From Candidatus Bathyarchaeota archaeon (GTDB taxonomy: Archaea; Thermoproteota; Bathyarchaeia; Bathyarchaeales; Bathycorpusculaceae): DNA of 64,000 nt. Location of the stretch: contig CAVYHV010000014.1 in the NCBI GenBank assembly GCA_963768425.1, positions 224,001 through 288,000 of the forward strand, in the 5' to 3' direction. Numbering within the stretch: position 1 is the stretch's first letter; each line of letters starts with the position of its first letter. The notes below the pieces were generated by a model. The model saw only the letters and a list, made by a program, of their open reading frames with translations, did no database searches and was not told where the DNA came from. This document shows positions 33,529 through 42,017 of the stretch, in pieces. The translations under genes and the position numbers were made by a program.

Positions 33529-33870
33529 CGGTTAGCCTTCTTCTCAACTATCCAAGTCATGAGTAGTAATATAAGCGGAGTTTCGAAACGAGAAATATGT
33601 CAAAACACGTAACACAATTTTTAGTGGTTTAGGTCGCAATCTTTTGCTTCGCCGTTTTAACGTTAAATGGATGTTTCTTGAAAGGAGACACCTTCACCCC
33701 ATTGTTGCAAACCCTTTTTTTCAATTACAGGTTCAACAGGTCAAAGTACATTTTCGTCAGCCGAATGGTTATGCGATGATATTTTTTTCTGACTTCTAGC
33801 CACTTACGGTCGGTTTAAGACGAGAACTTTACTCATTAGTCAGCCAAAAAACAGGGGTGACCGCGAAAAG

Positions 33871-34503
33871 CTATGCCCGGACACACTGCCCTGTAAGCAC
33901 GCGGAAACCGCTGCCCCGAGCAAGAACCTGAACGTTTCCGAAAGTCGCCTCGAAAACAGCAGGCAAAACCTTCAAGCCGATTTTGGAGCGAATAACCATC
34001 TGGAAAGACCCCCCATCAGCCAACACAGCAGGCGAGCCTGTCACAATAGCTTTAACCGTGTCCATTCCAGCGCTGACCGGGGGATTAGACAAGATACAGT
34101 TAAACACTTGACCTTTCACGGGCTCGTAAAATTCCCCGTAACGAACCTCAGCGTTCCAAGATCTGTTCGATTCAATGTTCTTTTTCGCCAACCGCACAGC
34201 CCTAACATTCACATCCGTCATTACAACATGCAGTTTAGGGTTAAGTGCTGCAGCAACGATTCCGACTGCACCATAGCCACAGCCAATGTCAAGAACGCAG
34301 CCAGCCTTAGGCAACACCATCGATTCAACAAGAAGTCTTGTTCCCAAATCAATACGGCGTTTCGAAAAAACGCTCGAAGCGGTCAAAAACTCGAAGTTTC
34401 TTCCGCAGAGGCAGGTTCGAATTAACCCGAAACGTTCTTCAGACTTAGGTGCGCTGCTAAAATAATGATCAGCGGTATCGGTGCTACGGTTCTTTGGCTT
34501 CAT
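33871..34503 (-). CDS. Class I SAM-dependent methyltransferase (MTS/RsmC-like)
   Basis: HYFS, VFSK..ID.GT.LL, VLDIGCGYG and SNPP motifs. Confidence 0.93.
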   Translation of the reverse strand: MKPKNRSTDTADHYFSSAPKSEERFGLIRTCLCGRNFEFLTASSVFSKRRIDLGTRLLVESMVLPKAGCVLDIGCGYGAVGIVAAALNPKLHVVMTDVNVRAVRLAKKNIESNRSWNAEVRYGEFYEPVKGQVFNCILSNPPVSAGMDTVKAIVTGSPAVLADGGSFQMVIRSKIGLKVLPAVFEATFGNVQVLARGSGFRVLTGQCVRA

Positions 34504-35509
34504 GCTTCGACCCTGTCTTCCAAACCTTTGGGTAAGTGCCTCGCTCCATCAGCACACGTTCCAACCCAACAACCGCGCCATGCTTCAAATCCATCATCTC
34601 TTCCGCCGAGACCAAAGCCTTGCCTAACGCCACTGCTTCGCCCTTCAAAGTGAAAACCGCCATAATCGAACCCTTCTTTACTCCCGCCTCAACCTGCAAT
34701 AACCCGGGAGCTGTTAAGTTGGCTCCGTGGCATAAGGCGTCCACGGCAGAGTCCCGCACAACAGCTTTCGGCAGAAGAGAAAGCGCCTCTTCCATTGGAA
34801 CGATGAATTTGTGCAGAATAGCTTCGTCTTTCTTGCTTTCCCATTCCCCAAACCAGTAGGCAACGTCGTGTAAAGTCACTTTAGAAGTGCTGTTCTCTGT
34901 GAATGGCCCAGAGCGTGTTCTACGCAGCTCTTGCATGTGGGCACCAACGCCGAGTATTTCGCCTATATCGAAGCACAATTTGCGGATGTAGGTTCCTGCT
35001 TCGCAACCAACGAGAAAGAGCACATTTCGTCCGTCGGTTTCAAAGTAGTCGATATAATAGATGCGTCTAGTTCGAAGTTGCCGTTTAACCGAAGACCGCA
35101 ACGGCGGACGCTGATAAATCTCATCTTCAAACTCGCCTAGAACCTGCTTGATATTCGCTTCCTCCGCATTGCCGTGGAGCTTCATTACGCAAACGTATTC
35201 TTTGCCGCTGTAGAGAAAAGCCTGGACAACCTTCGTGGCGTCCTCCAACGTAATAGGTAAGACACCTGTTACTTTGGGGTCAAGTGTGCCTCCGTGCCCG
35301 ATGTTGTTCAGCTTCATGATTTTCTTCACCCAGGCTGCAACTTCGTGGCTTGTTGGTCCAGCTGGTTTGTCAAGGTTAATCGTGCCGTACTTGATGTATT
35401 CGTCGGCTGGTCGTTGAGAAGGCTGATGCCCGAATTTTGGGTTCGTGCTGTCCTGGGCCTTCGTTAACAGTTCCCGTTTAATTTCCCAAGGCGGCGTAGT
35501 TCTAGGCAT
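34484..35509 (-). CDS. cbf5: H/ACA RNP pseudouridine synthase Cbf5
   Basis: LDKPAGPTSHEV, GHGGTLDP, CEAGTYIR motifs; PUA domain. Confidence 0.98.
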   Translation of the reverse strand: MPRTTPPWEIKRELLTKAQDSTNPKFGHQPSQRPADEYIKYGTINLDKPAGPTSHEVAAWVKKIMKLNNIGHGGTLDPKVTGVLPITLEDATKVVQAFLYSGKEYVCVMKLHGNAEEANIKQVLGEFEDEIYQRPPLRSSVKRQLRTRRIYYIDYFETDGRNVLFLVGCEAGTYIRKLCFDIGEILGVGAHMQELRRTRSGPFTENSTSKVTLHDVAYWFGEWESKKDEAILHKFIVPMEEALSLLPKAVVRDSAVDALCHGANLTAPGLLQVEAGVKKGSIMAVFTLKGEAVALGKALVSAEEMMDLKHGAVVGLERVLMERGTYPKVWKTGSKHEAKEP

Positions 35510-35567
35510 AAAGTTTTCAATCCTAAGTGATGATAAGAAAAAGAAACATGAGATATTAAAGCTTAAA

Positions 35568-35846
35568 CTATGCGGCTTTTATGGTCTGCGTCATTTCCTG
35601 CAGTTTGCCTGCAGCCTCTAAAACCTGGGCTACCTCGTCGTCTGACGCGCCACGTTTAACCTCGATCTTTTCTTGCAGAGGCATAACGTGGTTGATGTTT
35701 ACGCGTCGCCGCTTAACGCCAGTAACCTTTTTGGGTCCAGTAACAAGAACGAAACTTTTGTCCATTACATCGATAACGACACATTTTTTGCCGTTCTCTC
35801 GTCCAGCTTGCTTGACGCATATTCTTCCAACTTCTATAGCGGGCAT
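35568..35846 (-). CDS. rpl14e: 50S ribosomal protein L14e
   Basis: [19 protein letters not shown] and [11 protein letters not shown] motifs. Confidence 0.97.
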   Translation of the reverse strand: MPAIEVGRICVKQAGRENGKKCVVIDVMDKSFVLVTGPKKVTGVKRRRVNINHVMPLQEKIEVKRGASDDEVAQVLEAAGKLQEMTQTIKAA

Positions 35847-36233
35847 CCTTAAGTCATCTCCATAAGAGACAAAGATACAACAGTCGGCACATATAAGCGT
35901 AACATAAATTCAGGAGAAAAAGACGAAAAATGCGCATAATGCAATTAGACGCGCGTCTGAAAGAAAGAGTTAGGTGCCAGTTAAGTTAAAACCCCACTTT
36001 GCATCATTCGCTTCCACTTTCAATCGCTTTGACGTTATCTCAGCAACAATTGAACTTTTTGCAGGAGCGAATTGATGTTTAGTGAAGCGTGTTCCTCAAC
36101 TGGCAATTAAACTTTCTTAACCATAGAATATAATGTTATGTTGGCACCTTAAAGCTACAAAAAAGAAACGGCGACCGCTCAAACGGCATGCAAAAAACTT
36201 AAACAAGACAATGTTGACTGTATCGATGCTGGT

Positions 36234-36356
36234 GCCGGGGTATCCGAGCCAGGTCTAAATAGGCGGCCAGAAAAAATTGTTTGCCTAAGATATGGAGGAG
36301 GACTTAAGATCCTCTGGCTAAGGCCTTCGTGGGTTCAAGTCCCACCCCCGGCACCA
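36234..36356 (+). tRNA. tRNA-Leu(TAA) with a 35-nt D-arm intron (36259-36293, position 22/23); its 3' end is attL
   Basis: GAGGA-CTTAAGA-TCCTC anticodon arm, long variable arm, GTGGG-TTCAAGT-CCCAC T-arm; splicing restores the TCCG/AGGA D-stem. Confidence 0.92.
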
Positions 36357-36423
36357 CATATAAATAAAAGCACTGGGGGTTTGCGCTGGCGATGTTGAAG
36401 GCCTGTTTTAGTTGTTTTTTCAT

Positions 36424-37734
36424 TTATTTTCTCTTCCTGAATAATTTATGTCCTTCAAAGTCGCAGACAAATTCGAATCCTGCCTCGATTAGTTCGCAGG
36501 CTTCTTTCTCTGTTTTTGCGACCTTTGACACAAAGTCTATTTGGTCGGCGAATAGGGCTTCTTCGAGTTGGATGTAAATCAATGTGTTTTCAATTCTTTT
36601 GTGGCCTAAGAGCTGCTTCACGTATAAGACATCTTTTGTCCTGTGGTACTCCATGGTTGCTTTCCAAGTTCGCATAGTCTTGAACATTATTTTGCTTAGG
36701 CGGGGGTTTTGGACTTTTTCTGCTGTGCGGTCTCTTTGTTCCGCGTAGTTGTCTCTGAAAGTATCGATCTCCATATTTGGTTTGGAGAAGATGCGTTTTC
36801 CATAGTTTCTCGGAAGTTTTTGTAGCCTGCGTATGAGTTTGTCGCTTAAATGAAAGATTCTCGGTTTGCTATTCTTCTCAGGTGTTATGTTTATTGTGTT
36901 GGTTTCCAAGTCAAGGTCGTCCCATTTAAGTTGCCAGGCTTCGCCACATCTTATACCTGTTTCTTTGAGCAGTTGGAGGAAAGTCCCTGTTCGGTGACTG
37001 CAATCTGCGACTAGCTGGTCAATTTCTGTTTCTTTGGGGACAAAAGGCAGCTTGGCTATAGCGGTGTACTTCGGAGCAGCCCAGGTTCCACCGACCATCT
37101 TTAGGAAGGATGAGTAAGCGTCGACTGCGTTGCCTTTTCTACCTTCGCACCATGGCTGTTTAGCTATTGCTCTTTTGACTGATTCTGGGTCATATAGGTC
37201 TGCTTCGCGTCTGGTAAGAATGCGCAGTAGTTTGGATCTGCCTAGGATTGTTGCGTCTCTGTAGCCTTCTTTTTTCATCCACCAAGCAAATTCTACTAGT
37301 TTTCCTTTGACTTCATTTGTTTCTTTTCTCCGCAGAACTTCACTTGTTTGTTGTTCTGCGACCAAGTTTTTCGTCTCCGTGACGCATATTTGGCGAGAAG
37401 TAACTATGCCATCTTTGCTTTTTAATGACTCCGTTTCAATCATTTCAACTGTTTCTATGGCTTCTTTTGCTTTCCCGACATCATCGGGGTCTGAAAATCT
37501 TAATCCGCATTCGCGGCAAAGCCATCGTTGGATTGGGTTGCCAAACATTGGAGAACGCAGGCCGTCACGCCAGAGCTTTTTGGATCCGCATTGTGGGCAT
37601 GGGTGTAGGGGGCTGGCGTTTGCAGAACCTGGGGGAGGTTCCGACTTACGACTACAGGGACTTGAAACATCGCCAAATAAGCTGTCCGGAGACGGTGCCT
37701 CTGTAGTAAGTCCAACCATTCCCTTCCACCTCAC
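36424..37734 (-). CDS. Tyrosine integrase with N-terminal Zn ribbon (true start may be downstream)
   Basis: TGIRCGEA (R), EKNS (K), KTMR, LLGHKRIENTLIY (H, Y); CPQC...CREC. Confidence 0.93.
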   Translation of the reverse strand: MRWKGMVGLTTEAPSPDSLFGDVSSPCSRKSEPPPGSANASPLHPCPQCGSKKLWRDGLRSPMFGNPIQRWLCRECGLRFSDPDDVGKAKEAIETVEMIETESLKSKDGIVTSRQICVTETKNLVAEQQTSEVLRRKETNEVKGKLVEFAWWMKKEGYRDATILGRSKLLRILTRREADLYDPESVKRAIAKQPWCEGRKGNAVDAYSSFLKMVGGTWAAPKYTAIAKLPFVPKETEIDQLVADCSHRTGTFLQLLKETGIRCGEAWQLKWDDLDLETNTINITPEKNSKPRIFHLSDKLIRRLQKLPRNYGKRIFSKPNMEIDTFRDNYAEQRDRTAEKVQNPRLSKIMFKTMRTWKATMEYHRTKDVLYVKQLLGHKRIENTLIYIQLEEALFADQIDFVSKVAKTEKEACELIEAGFEFVCDFEGHKLFRKRK

Positions 37735-37741
37735 ATTGCGT

Positions 37742-38068
37742 TTACTTCTTGCTCGCCGCGCTTTTTGGCGGTTGCAAAAACAAGATTATTTTGCCTTCTA
37801 CAGATCGTTTGAAAAGTCTAGGATGCTCCTTCTTGAATAGATCCAAGGCGTCTTGGTTTTCAAAAACCGGCGAAGAATAGGCCTCATGGCTGTCTAAGTG
37901 TGGCTGGCAGAATGGCATCCAGGTTTTGCTAGTGCCGTCAGCTAAGAAGAGATAGCTTGTTAAACCCGCAGACGGTTGGCCACAGACAATGCAGGGCTTT
38001 CTGCGTTTCTTGCTTGGTCCATTTACTACCGGAGGCTCTGTTGTGGGTTCCTGGAGAGTGCAGCTCAT
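37742..38068 (-). CDS. Small Zn-finger-like hypothetical protein of the element
   Basis: CIVC...FCQPH; co-oriented with and directly upstream of the integrase. Confidence 0.6.
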   Translation of the reverse strand: MSCTLQEPTTEPPVVNGPSKKRRKPCIVCGQPSAGLTSYLFLADGTSKTWMPFCQPHLDSHEAYSSPVFENQDALDLFKKEHPRLFKRSVEGKIILFLQPPKSAASKK

Positions 38069-38082
38069 GGTTTTGCCTCGCT

Positions 38083-38325
38083 TTATTTGAAGAATTCTTC
38101 GTCTCGGAGTTTGCGGCAAACTCTGATGTAATAATGTCTTCTGCAGAAGTCCAGGATCTTGTTTAGCTCCGGATCATCGCCTGATGAATACTCTTTTTTG
38201 AATCCCACCCTTCCAGTTTGAACGCGGATTTCAAACATCCCATCATTTGCTAGGAGCTGATAGAAACCAAGTTTCTCCCCAGCATACTCCTCAAGGACAT
38301 CCCAATCCTCAATAATATTGACCAA
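38083..38325 (-). CDS. Small hypothetical protein of the element
   Basis: 80-aa ORF with AGGTGA SD-like sequence upstream. Confidence 0.7.
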   Translation of the reverse strand: MVNIIEDWDVLEEYAGEKLGFYQLLANDGMFEIRVQTGRVGFKKEYSSGDDPELNKILDFCRRHYYIRVCRKLRDEEFFK

Positions 38326-38380
38326 GTCATGTCACCTAAAATCATGTTACTGCAAAAAGTTAAAGGAATTCTGGCATGTC

Positions 38381-38467
38381 CAAAGCACAGTGTGCTCTAT
38401 AGGACTTTACAAAGCATAGTATGCTCTGGGGTACTTAGCAAAACACAGTGTCAAGAAACGGACATAT
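38381..38467. promoter_or_regulatory. Three 29-bp tandem units with palindromic cores (operator or recombinase-binding array)
   Basis: Units start at 38381, 38410 and 38439; cores AGCACA-G-TGTGCT, AGCATA-G-TATGCT and degenerate AACACAGTGT. Confidence 0.7.
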
Positions 38468-38591
38468 CCACATGGCACTCGCCCGTGCTTCTTCTGAATT
38501 TTTTCATTTTTCTTCCTATCATCAAAAGAACTAATTCAAGTAATCCAAGCATCACAAAACTAAAAAAGAAAATGACCTCAAATACATTATT

Positions 38592-39368
38592 ATGACATTA
38601 AGATATCTGACCTCAGAGCAAGTTCGAAAAGAAATTGAGAAAATTCCAGACAAAGATATGCGGGTGTTCTCAGAATGCGTATATGTTTTTGCTGCCAGAC
38701 CAGTTGAATTAGCGGGAATCGCTTGTGAAGGAGAAAAAGCTTTAGGTCCAAAAGGAACAGATGCAGAAATTTTCAGATATCAACCTAATACTATTGAAAT
38801 CGTTAAGTTGGCTAGAATCGTACAGAACCTTCAGAAACAACTTTTGAGCACAATCGACTTACGCAAAGAATTTCTTTCTCAAATGCAACAAGTAATCTCA
38901 CCGGTCAAGATTGCCGTCTTTACTATTGCTATCGCTAAAACAAGATTACCACCTGAAGAACCCATTGCCTGTCGACACGTTGCGTTACCTTTGGATAAAG
39001 AATATGAAGATTGGACTCAGGAGATATATGATTATTTCCATGATGCCGATGAGAACCTTGTTTTTAACTATAATCGAAAACATTATTTGGATTATTTAAG
39101 GCAACATGGCGTCTTTAAGAACTTAGGTTATCGAATAGAAAGCTACATCGAACCAGACAGTGGAAGAATAATACCCACTCATTACCGTAAAATCACGCTC
39201 GAAGGATTACGGCGTGTCCGAGAAGCAGAACTGAAAAACTTCTATGGATTATCGCCTTCAGAGTTTTATATTTTTGCTGGACGGAAACTAAAACTAATAA
39301 CAACAAGTAACTTTACGCTGGAACAGTATGTTTCTTATCTTCCCAAACTCCTTAAAGAACGAGAGTAG
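38592..39368 (+). CDS. Divergent tyrosine-recombinase-like catalytic-domain protein
   Basis: FAARPVEL, IAKT, RHVALP, LEGLRRVR, FAGRK and distal Tyr residues in integrase motif order. Confidence 0.6.
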   Translation: MTLRYLTSEQVRKEIEKIPDKDMRVFSECVYVFAARPVELAGIACEGEKALGPKGTDAEIFRYQPNTIEIVKLARIVQNLQKQLLSTIDLRKEFLSQMQQVISPVKIAVFTIAIAKTRLPPEEPIACRHVALPLDKEYEDWTQEIYDYFHDADENLVFNYNRKHYLDYLRQHGVFKNLGYRIESYIEPDSGRIIPTHYRKITLEGLRRVREAELKNFYGLSPSEFYIFAGRKLKLITTSNFTLEQYVSYLPKLLKERE

Positions 39369-39466
39369 ATTACACGTCATGATTACCACCAAACTCTTTT
39401 TCAACTCGATTAAAACGTTGTTGTCAGCAATTTTCTTAATTAGAGGCAATAAATGGGTAATTCTCC

Positions 39467-40288
39467 TTAATGTTTTTCTTCGTCTTTGATGCTTTTTTTC
39501 TTCGCAACCCTTTTGATGCTAGGAGGTTCTGGAACGGTCTTAGGATACTCTATCAACTTCAATTCCGGAACGGATTCTAAGAAAAGAGGAGAACTGTTCC
39601 TGTTAGCATTACTAACGGATTCTAAGAAAAAGCCAGAACTACTCCTTGTAGCATCACCAGACAAAAATACGGGTGATCCAACTGGACGAATATTCTGTTC
39701 AATCTTGGAGAGCCTATTTCCGATGTCGCCAATCATTGATGAAAGATTTGATAAGACACTTCCAAGTGGATGTTCAACTTGTTTCAGGCTGTCTAGAGTT
39801 ATCGCTTGAGAAATTGGTGAATCTACAAGGTTGGGATTTTTTATTACTTCCTCAATTTGTTTTTTGAGGTCATCTTTAGCCCTCTGAACACTATCCAAGT
39901 CTTTATAGTCTAATTTTATGGTTCGATTTGCTGAGATGTCAAAAGGGAGTATTTGGTCCTCCGCTATAAGCTGGACTACAGGCTTTTTCAATACGTGCCT
40001 CAGTGCCAACTCATACATCACATTGGGGTTGTGGTCAGTAAGGTCCGCAATAACAAGAGGGTCATTAATTATATGATCAATAATTTGAGTTGTTATTATG
40101 CCTGGCTTGGTTATCTTGTCTGCTCGGATGGCAACGAAACCGATTTCTGATGTCACTGGCTCTATTATGTACTTGAGTATTTGGTCAGATCGCTTACGGG
40201 TATTTGAATCTGGTTCTCCTATTGGAGCGATAACAAAAGCAATCTTATCATCTGTTGTCCGTGTCTTAGAAGTTCCTTCCGTGGACAT
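39467..40288 (-). CDS. Nucleoside 2-deoxyribosyltransferase/TIR-like domain protein with coiled-coil tail
   Basis: FVIAPIG...RAD...VIADLTDHNPNVMYELALRH...KP...LPFDI pattern. Confidence 0.8.
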   Translation of the reverse strand: MSTEGTSKTRTTDDKIAFVIAPIGEPDSNTRKRSDQILKYIIEPVTSEIGFVAIRADKITKPGIITTQIIDHIINDPLVIADLTDHNPNVMYELALRHVLKKPVVQLIAEDQILPFDISANRTIKLDYKDLDSVQRAKDDLKKQIEEVIKNPNLVDSPISQAITLDSLKQVEHPLGSVLSNLSSMIGDIGNRLSKIEQNIRPVGSPVFLSGDATRSSSGFFLESVSNANRNSSPLFLESVPELKLIEYPKTVPEPPSIKRVAKKKSIKDEEKH

Positions 40289-40466
40289 AGTTCTCTCCAA
40301 TATAACTATCATAGTTTTTTCGTATTTCAAGTTGTTGGAAGAGGAGAAATGCACGGTTGGGAGAAGAGATGGAACGGTGAGAAAACATTAGATTATGATC
40401 AAAACTGGAATTTGATTCTGTGTTGGCTGTTGGCAACTGGGAAGAGGTAGCTTGGGGGGTTGCAGC

Positions 40467-40685
40467 CTATCCGATCAATCCGGCAATCGCAGCCAAAATT
40501 TCCATTGCCGAGTCATCGTCTATCAGGTTAAGAAGACTATATAGGCTAGTTGAGCCGAGCACAAGCCCCAGATAAGCTTTGCCTGCTAGTTCATACACAA
40601 TTGCTTCAAAGCCTGCCTTTGTATTCTGAATTCTTGCTACTTTCAAATATCCTGTTTGCACAAGCGCTCGCACTCGCCTGTTCAC
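40467..40685 (-). CDS. Winged-HTH protein fragment
   Basis: VNRRVRALVQTGYL...YEL; N-terminus unclear. Confidence 0.45.
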   Translation of the reverse strand: MNRRVRALVQTGYLKVARIQNTKAGFEAIVYELAGKAYLGLVLGSTSLYSLLNLIDDDSAMEILAAIAGLIG

Positions 40686-40760
40686 GTTTCCGTAATGAAT
40701 GTGGTTGAAGCCCCTAAGGCACTTGCAGCTAAGAGAATTGCAAGAGTAGTAAACTTTAGC

Positions 40761-41114
40761 TTACGCATTCCTTAACGCCTCTGTTTCCTTAAGATACCTT
40801 TGCCTATCACATTCCTCATTAAGCTGCTGCAGTTTCGTCATCATCTGCTTAACTTTAAGATAGAAGTCCAAGCCGTTAGCATTCAAAACAAAAAACTCGT
40901 TATAATGATACGACTTTTTTTCCGGGCTAAGCGGATGAATAACTTTCCCGCAACGGGAAGGCTCGACGTAACCACGAACCTGCAGCACATGGAGAATATT
41001 TTTCAGCAAAAGACAGTTCAAATTAGTCTTATACATCAAATGAGTAAGCTTCAGCTTCTCCACAGCTAAGGCTTCAAGAACCGCGTAAACTTGCTCGCTC
41101 TCATTTCTTCTCAT
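40761..41114 (-). CDS. Archaeal winged-HTH transcription regulator
   Basis: LTHLMYKTNLN...L..RGYV pattern. Confidence 0.7.
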   Translation of the reverse strand: MRRNESEQVYAVLEALAVEKLKLTHLMYKTNLNCLLLKNILHVLQVRGYVEPSRCGKVIHPLSPEKKSYHYNEFFVLNANGLDFYLKVKQMMTKLQQLNEECDRQRYLKETEALRNA

Positions 41115-41118
41115 AATT

Positions 41119-41436
41119 TCACCCGATTAAGCCGGACATGAGATGGATGCTGCCCCCGAAGAAATAATACATAATAGCTGCCGTAGTAAGCGAGGTAATA
41201 GTAACAGTCGCTATGGGTTTTAGGGCGTTTATCCAGCTTGTGTTTATTCTATTTTTTATTTTGGCTTGAGTTAATTCGAAGATGACGCCCTCCTTCATCC
41301 CGGTCCCGTCTTCGCCCAGAAGCGCCCGGTGAATTTGATCAATACTTTTCTTAATTTCAGGACAAGTAGGGCAATTTGCATACTGATTAGAGTCCTCTGA
41401 CAATTTATTGCAGAGCTCCTTGGCAACGAGTATCAC
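41119..41436 (-). CDS. Small protein with CxxC and a C-terminal TM helix
   Basis: CPTC, LLGEDGTG and a hydrophobic C-terminus. Confidence 0.6.
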   Translation of the reverse strand: MILVAKELCNKLSEDSNQYANCPTCPEIKKSIDQIHRALLGEDGTGMKEGVIFELTQAKIKNRINTSWINALKPIATVTITSLTTAAIMYYFFGGSIHLMSGLIG

Positions 41437-41825
41437 ATAATACAGTGCCTTTTTCGAGAAGAGGAATATCAGACAAGGTAACTGGTTCTTCGGGGCCTAC
41501 ACTTTTGGAGACGTGACCAACAACTTGTTCACAGCTGACCACATTAATTGATTCGCTTCGCTGCCGATCCCAAAATGCCTCCTGAAGCATGAAGGATCTA
41601 GCCATGCTGGTTTGACTTCTTTTATGAACCATACTAAAGCACTCTTCCTGCATCCCCCTTGCAGGTGGCGCAAAGCGAAAACAGCTAACTATCTACTCTT
41701 CCTTAATACTCATTCAATAAGACAGCTATTTAGGCACTTGACATGAGGAATCTTAAGTATTGTTTGCCTTTGTTATTTGGGTTCAGTAAGACTTCATGTC
41801 TTAGGATTTTTTATTAAGTTATTGA

Positions 41826-41940
41826 GGTTTGCTGAGGCTCTGGAAACTAAGGAAGGAATTTCTTTAGGAGAAAAAAGAAAAATGCAACTCTCAATTGCAG
41901 CTTTATTGAATGTAACCAAAGCCTTCTCAGCCGCCATTTT
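41826..41940 (-). repeat. Conserved fold-back element, copy 1
   Basis: GCTGAG-GCTCTGG...CCAAAGC-CTT-CTCAGC; homologous to 45913-46035. Confidence 0.85.
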
Positions 41941-41974
41941 TTTCAACTCTCCTAATAGTTTTTTTAAAAGGACT

Positions 41975-41995
41975 AAAAAAAGGGAAAAAGGGGAT
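41975..41995 (-). terminator. Oligo-T (pyrimidine-rich) terminator after the propeller gene
   Basis: CCCCTTTTTCCCTTTTTTT on the minus strand; similar tract near 46057-46070. Confidence 0.55.
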
Positions 41996-42017
41996 TTGTG
42001 TTGATTGTTTTGTCAGT

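Noticed and set aside
38381-38467. Mini-CRISPR array
   Set aside because: The units are contiguous 29-mers with no unique spacers, and there are no cas genes
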